The notes below the pieces were generated by a model. That model did not search any database. It was not told the DNA's origin and worked only from the letters and a program-made list of their open reading frames with translations. From contig CAYPXN010000068.1 in the NCBI GenBank assembly GCA_964414715.1, positions 1 through 42,005 of the forward strand: DNA of 42,005 nt, in the 5' to 3' direction. The DNA is from an uncultured Pseudomonadota bacterium. Lineage in GTDB: Bacteria; UBA10199; JADFYH01. Position 1 is the stretch's first letter. Every line of letters starts with the position of its first letter. The position numbers and the translations under genes are program-made. This document shows, piece by piece, positions 38,063 to 42,005 of this stretch.

Positions 38063-38103
38063 TCCGAATTGGTTATTTATAAAAATGAATGGCTATTCAT
38101 TCG
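38063..38103. promoter_or_regulatory. candidate operator palindrome upstream of fadA (AATGAAT-GGCT-ATTCATT within CCGAAT...ATTCGG)
   Basis: Perfect 7-bp inverted repeat at 38084-38101, about 32 nt upstream of the fadA ATG. A TTGACA sits on the minus strand at 38129-38134. Confidence 0.35.
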
Positions 38104-38141
38104 GGGCTTTAACTTTTACGGAAGGGGCTGTCAAGATGAGA

Positions 38142-38846
38142 TTAGCAAACTACTCCGGGAGGAAAGTTCTGTGAGTTTGTGGGCATAGGAACTGCGTAAA
38201 AATGTCTTAAAAAGATATTTCCTTGTTTATCTTCGGTGACAATCACATCAAGGTGGTACCACGTTTGGTTTTTAGAGAACTTAGCATACACATGTATCAT
38301 GTATTCATCAGTTTTTGTGAGAGGCTGTGGCATGCTGGGAGGGGTAGACATTGCCATTTTAGCGGATTTTTCGTTTGAAGGTCTCGTCTGTATCTCGGAG
38401 TGAACAGGCCCTTTTTTGAAATTTACGAAAGACCAGGGAATGATATGGGCGTGCTTGATTTCTAAAATCTTCCCATTTTGATTCAGTAAATTAACGAGTT
38501 CATTCGTAAAGTGAAGGTCTTTGGAATAACAAGAAACTTGTTTAAGGCATGCGAGTGTTTTATTTTCGAAAGTCTTGTTTTCCTCGAGAGGAAGGGTTTT
38601 TAAACTTGGGTTGAGATTATTCATTAACAAGATTTTGACCGCATCTTCTGCAAATTGAACTCGCTTCACATCTTCTGCACTTACAGGGGGATGAGGATTA
38701 GACTCGGGAGGTTGCGGAGGCATGGCGGGACCTGGAGCGACATCGGCAGTGCTTTTCGCAAAAGCATTAGAAGTAGGAGAATGAAACTTTATTCCCGTAC
38801 AGATCATCAATGTAAGAATACTCACAAAAATTGTAAATCTTTTCAT
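38142..38846 (-). CDS. secreted or lipoprotein of unknown function
   Basis: N-terminal MKRFTIFVSILTLMICTG (signal or lipobox-like). Pro-rich segment. No recognisable domain. Confidence 0.6.
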   Translation of the reverse strand: MKRFTIFVSILTLMICTGIKFHSPTSNAFAKSTADVAPGPAMPPQPPESNPHPPVSAEDVKRVQFAEDAVKILLMNNLNPSLKTLPLEENKTFENKTLACLKQVSCYSKDLHFTNELVNLLNQNGKILEIKHAHIIPWSFVNFKKGPVHSEIQTRPSNEKSAKMAMSTPPSMPQPLTKTDEYMIHVYAKFSKNQTWYHLDVIVTEDKQGNIFLRHFYAVPMPTNSQNFPPGVVC

Positions 38847-38956
38847 TTATCCTCCGGATCATTTTTAAGATTTTAACCTCAACTTGAAGTATAAGGAAAA
38901 GTTTTATTTTTTTAATGCACAAATTGTTCTGAATAGGTATTTCTGATTATTTTAAT

Positions 38957-41434
38957 ATGAATATTCTTAAATCTTATACCCATTTTCTTTATAAAACCCG
39001 ATGGTTCTTGGCCGTTTTGTTTACTGCTTTTTTTGCCTATTGCGTATTTGTGAGTTCTCATTTGAAACTGAAGAGTGATTTTAAAGAACTTCTTCCCGAG
39101 AGTTTTCAAAGCGTTAAAGATCTTGATCGCATTCTCAAGCGAGCTCCCAGTACCGGCGGCTTGATTGTGGCGATTGAGTCGGATGACCCTCAAAGTTCCA
39201 TCCGTTTTGGAAATGCCTTGGTAGAAAAGCTCAAGTCCTATCCCCCTGAATATATTTCCTCTGTTGATTATAATGCCAAGGAAGTGAAGGCGTTTTTTGA
39301 AGATCACAAATATCTTTATATGGACTTGGAGGATCTTCAGGAGCTTCATGATCGCTTGGATCGTAGAATCAAACGCGAAAAGGTAAAGCATACCGGTTTA
39401 TTCATGAGCTTTGAAACTCCGGAAGAAGAAAAAGAAGCCTTCTCTACGGATGACATTGAAGCCAAGTATAAAAAGAAAACGGCGAATTACAGCGAGTATA
39501 TTGATGGCTATTATTTTACGGAAAAAGGTCGCTTGATGGCGATTTTGATTCGTCCACCCGGATCTTCGACGGGAATAGATTTTTCAAGGAAGTTGGTGAC
39601 AAAAGTTGAAGGAACAATTCAAGAGCTAAATCCCCAAAGCTTTAATCCCACGATGAAGGTGGGACTCACCGGAAAATTCAAACGGGTTCTTTATGAATAC
39701 CAAACTCTGATCGATGATATCGTTTCCACTGCTTTGCTCTGTGTTGCTTTGGTGAGTTTGGCAGTTTTGATTTACTACCGAAAAATTCGCATGGTTTTGC
39801 TGATGGCTTGGGCAGTTTTTAATGGTTGTGCTTGGACTTTTGCGCTGACTGAATGGCATATTGGTTATTTGAATACCCAAACTGCCTTTTTGGGTTCGGT
39901 GATTGTGGGAAATGGGATTAATCATGGTTTGATTTTGATGGCTCGTTATCTGGAAGAGAGAAAGAAGGGTGTGAATGCCTATGATTCTCTGTGTATTGCT
40001 CTTCCCGCAACTTTTGCAGGCACCTTGGCTTCGAGTTTAACCACGAGTGTTGCCTTTGCCATTTTGATGTTTACCAATATCAAGGGATTTTCCCAGTTCG
40101 GCTATATTGGGGGAATCGGTATGTTTCTCTGTTGGGTTGCCGCTTATTCCGTTTTGCCTGTATTTCTCATGATCAGCGAACAAATTTGGCCTTTGCTAAG
40201 ACCCCATCAAGTTTCACGTGAGAGTTTTTCTCTGATGAACTTGTATGTAAAGGATTTGGCCCGCTATGCAAAACCGATTGCTGTGCTAGGTGTTGCCTTA
40301 ACCCTTTTTTCGGTTCCGGTGATTCTTTGGTATCTGCCTCGCTCTTTAGAATATGATTTTTCAAAGTTAAAGGTCCAAAGCTCAAAGAAGGAAATGCAGG
40401 AAGAAGCAGCCTTGAATGATCGTATCCGGTCGATTTTTGGGGGCTCGACCACTCCTGCAGTAATTGTGACAGACACGATTGAACAGGTAGTGCCCTTGTG
40501 TAATGAAATACAGCGTAAAAATATTCAGGACCCCCCTGAAAAGCAGGTGGTCGAAAGTTGTAAATCTCTCTATTCCTATGTTCCTGCAGATCAAGATCAG
40601 AAAATTGAACTGCTTCAAAAAATCCGTAAACTTTTGGAAGATAACACCTTGAATTTTCTGAGTGAAGATCAAAAGAAGGAAATGGAAAAGTTTAAATCCC
40701 AGTTTACGGCACAGAAGGTAAGCTTGCAGGATGTCCCCAAGGAAGTCGTTCGAAATTTTCGTGAGAAAAATGGAGATGTGGGGAAAATTGTTTATGTTTA
40801 TCCGGGGAGCGGAGATAAAAACAGTTTAACGGATGGAAAAAATCTTATTCATTTTTCAGACATTATTCGTAGCAACACTTTACCGGATGGGACTGTTTTG
40901 ACCGCCTCGGGTGATTCGGTTATTTTTTCAGATTTGCTTCGCGCAGTGATTCAGGATGGTTCCAAAGCAACGGTTTTTGCCTTTTTGGCCGTCTGTTTGG
41001 TGGTGATTTTGGTATTTAGAGAATGGAGGGGGTCTATCATTATAATAGGAACTCTTACGGCGGGGGTTCTTTGGATGGGCTTTTTCATGGCTCTCTTTAA
41101 AATCAAGATCAATTTCTTTAACTTTATCGCCATTCCCACCACTTTCGGAATTGGGGTCGACTACGGTGTGAATATCTATCAAAGATATAAGTTGGAAGGC
41201 TCAGGATCTTTGTTGAAGGTTTTGAAAACAACGGGGGGAGCTGTGATGCTATGTTCTGTAACCACCATTATTGGTTACGCGACACTCATCATTGCCAAAA
41301 ACCAGGCCTTGGCTTCCTTTGGTTGGATTGGAATCCTGGGGGAAGTAACCTGCTTGATTTCCGCGCTCTTGTTTGTGCCTTCGCTTCTGATTCGTCGGGA
41401 AAAGAAGAATGGGATTCTCCAAACTTATTTTTAA
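38957..41434 (+). CDS. RND-superfamily exporter, MMPL/HpnN-like
   Basis: 825 aa. Two repeats, each a large periplasmic loop plus a 5-6 TM bundle ('GINHGLILMARYLEE', 'GIGVDYGVNIYQRY'). Confidence 0.85.
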   Translation: MNILKSYTHFLYKTRWFLAVLFTAFFAYCVFVSSHLKLKSDFKELLPESFQSVKDLDRILKRAPSTGGLIVAIESDDPQSSIRFGNALVEKLKSYPPEYISSVDYNAKEVKAFFEDHKYLYMDLEDLQELHDRLDRRIKREKVKHTGLFMSFETPEEEKEAFSTDDIEAKYKKKTANYSEYIDGYYFTEKGRLMAILIRPPGSSTGIDFSRKLVTKVEGTIQELNPQSFNPTMKVGLTGKFKRVLYEYQTLIDDIVSTALLCVALVSLAVLIYYRKIRMVLLMAWAVFNGCAWTFALTEWHIGYLNTQTAFLGSVIVGNGINHGLILMARYLEERKKGVNAYDSLCIALPATFAGTLASSLTTSVAFAILMFTNIKGFSQFGYIGGIGMFLCWVAAYSVLPVFLMISEQIWPLLRPHQVSRESFSLMNLYVKDLARYAKPIAVLGVALTLFSVPVILWYLPRSLEYDFSKLKVQSSKKEMQEEAALNDRIRSIFGGSTTPAVIVTDTIEQVVPLCNEIQRKNIQDPPEKQVVESCKSLYSYVPADQDQKIELLQKIRKLLEDNTLNFLSEDQKKEMEKFKSQFTAQKVSLQDVPKEVVRNFREKNGDVGKIVYVYPGSGDKNSLTDGKNLIHFSDIIRSNTLPDGTVLTASGDSVIFSDLLRAVIQDGSKATVFAFLAVCLVVILVFREWRGSIIIIGTLTAGVLWMGFFMALFKIKINFFNFIAIPTTFGIGVDYGVNIYQRYKLEGSGSLLKVLKTTGGAVMLCSVTTIIGYATLIIAKNQALASFGWIGILGEVTCLISALLFVPSLLIRREKKNGILQTYF

Positions 41435-41440
41435 AAGGTT

Positions 41441-41541
41441 GTCATTGCGAGTCCTGCAAAGCAGGGCGTGGCAATCCCACCACAAAGTGGCCCTTCCTTG
41501 GGGTGAATGCACTCGCGGGATCCTTCGACTCTCTACGTTTT
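41441..41541 (+). repeat. composite repeat: a half-unit of the GTCATTGCGAG family, an inverted fragment, and a GATCCTTCGAC...TTTTTTATTT module
   Basis: gtcattgcgag-tcctgcaaagcagggc-gtggcaatc. 41503-41520 (gaatgcactcgcgggatc) matches the reverse complement of 36836-36853 at 17 of 18 positions. Confidence 0.6.
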
Positions 41542-41973
41542 TTATTTTACCTTCACCAATTCCACATCGAAAATAAGATCGGCATTAGGGGGGATCGCAC
41601 TGCCTGCACCTCGGGCTCCGTAACCCAATTTTGCAGGAATGTATAAGGTACGATGTCCGCCTTCTTTCATGCCTGCAACGCCTTCATCCCAGCCGGGAAT
41701 GACCATGCCTGCTCCCAACAGAAATTTAAAAGGTTCGTTTCGGTCAAAAGATGAGTCGAACTTGGTTCCTTTGGCGCCTTTGTTGTCCAGCCAACCTGTA
41801 TAATTTACGAGAACCCATTTTTCTTTCACGGCAGTGGCTCCGGTTCCTACGACATAGTCTCTATATTTTAAGCCATTCGGTGTGGTTATGAGAGGAGGAT
41901 TTGCCGGTGTAACAGCAACTGCATTGCCAGTGGCAATAAAAAGGATAAAAAATGAAAGTAAAAGTTTGCGCAT
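41542..41973 (-). CDS. secreted FKBP-type peptidyl-prolyl cis-trans isomerase
   Basis: Signal peptide, then 'GLKYRDYVVGTG...KFDSSFDRNEPFKFLLGAGMVIPGWDEGVAGMKEGGHRTLYIPAKLGYG'. Confidence 0.9.
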   Translation of the reverse strand: MRKLLLSFFILFIATGNAVAVTPANPPLITTPNGLKYRDYVVGTGATAVKEKWVLVNYTGWLDNKGAKGTKFDSSFDRNEPFKFLLGAGMVIPGWDEGVAGMKEGGHRTLYIPAKLGYGARGAGSAIPPNADLIFDVELVKVK

Positions 41974-42005
41974 AGAGTCTCCTTGATTTATGGGATAAAG
42001 CTGTT

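Overview
AT-rich chromosomal window from a Gram-negative bacterium. A histone-fold gene, CSLREA/beta-helix surface proteins and a Gly-Cys C-terminal sorting tail suggest a Bdellovibrionota or deltaproteobacteria-like lineage; this is inference only. Most of the window is core metabolism: glnB-glnA, icd, mdh, sdhCAB, sucCD, ndk, serS and a fadA-fadN beta-oxidation operon. Envelope and secreted proteins are interspersed, along with a wHTH-nucleotidyltransferase pair, a 1396-aa polytopic membrane protein and an RND/MMPL exporter. I found no rRNA, tRNA, CRISPR array, transposase or phage genes. Six things stand out. (1) Three in-frame nonsense codons interrupt two otherwise intact, conserved genes: sdhA (TAA 24125) and fadN (TAG 34750, TAA 34705). 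There are no frameshifts. (2) A long-hairpin element occurs twice (16602-16718, 17972-18094) with compensatory arm changes and a conserved CGAGACCCAC apical motif. (3) An 80-bp nested-palindrome repeat family (GTCATYRCGAG ends) has 3 copies, and two related hairpin modules share a different sequence. (4) There is a bacterial histone-fold gene. (5) Twin near-identical sigma-54 promoters precede glnB and an adjacent porin, and the porin lacks any signal peptide. (6) An AGPS-type (HHH-loop) flavoenzyme sits in a GlcDEF-like Fe-S operon next to a lipid kinase. All functional calls come from motif recognition by eye; no database search was possible.
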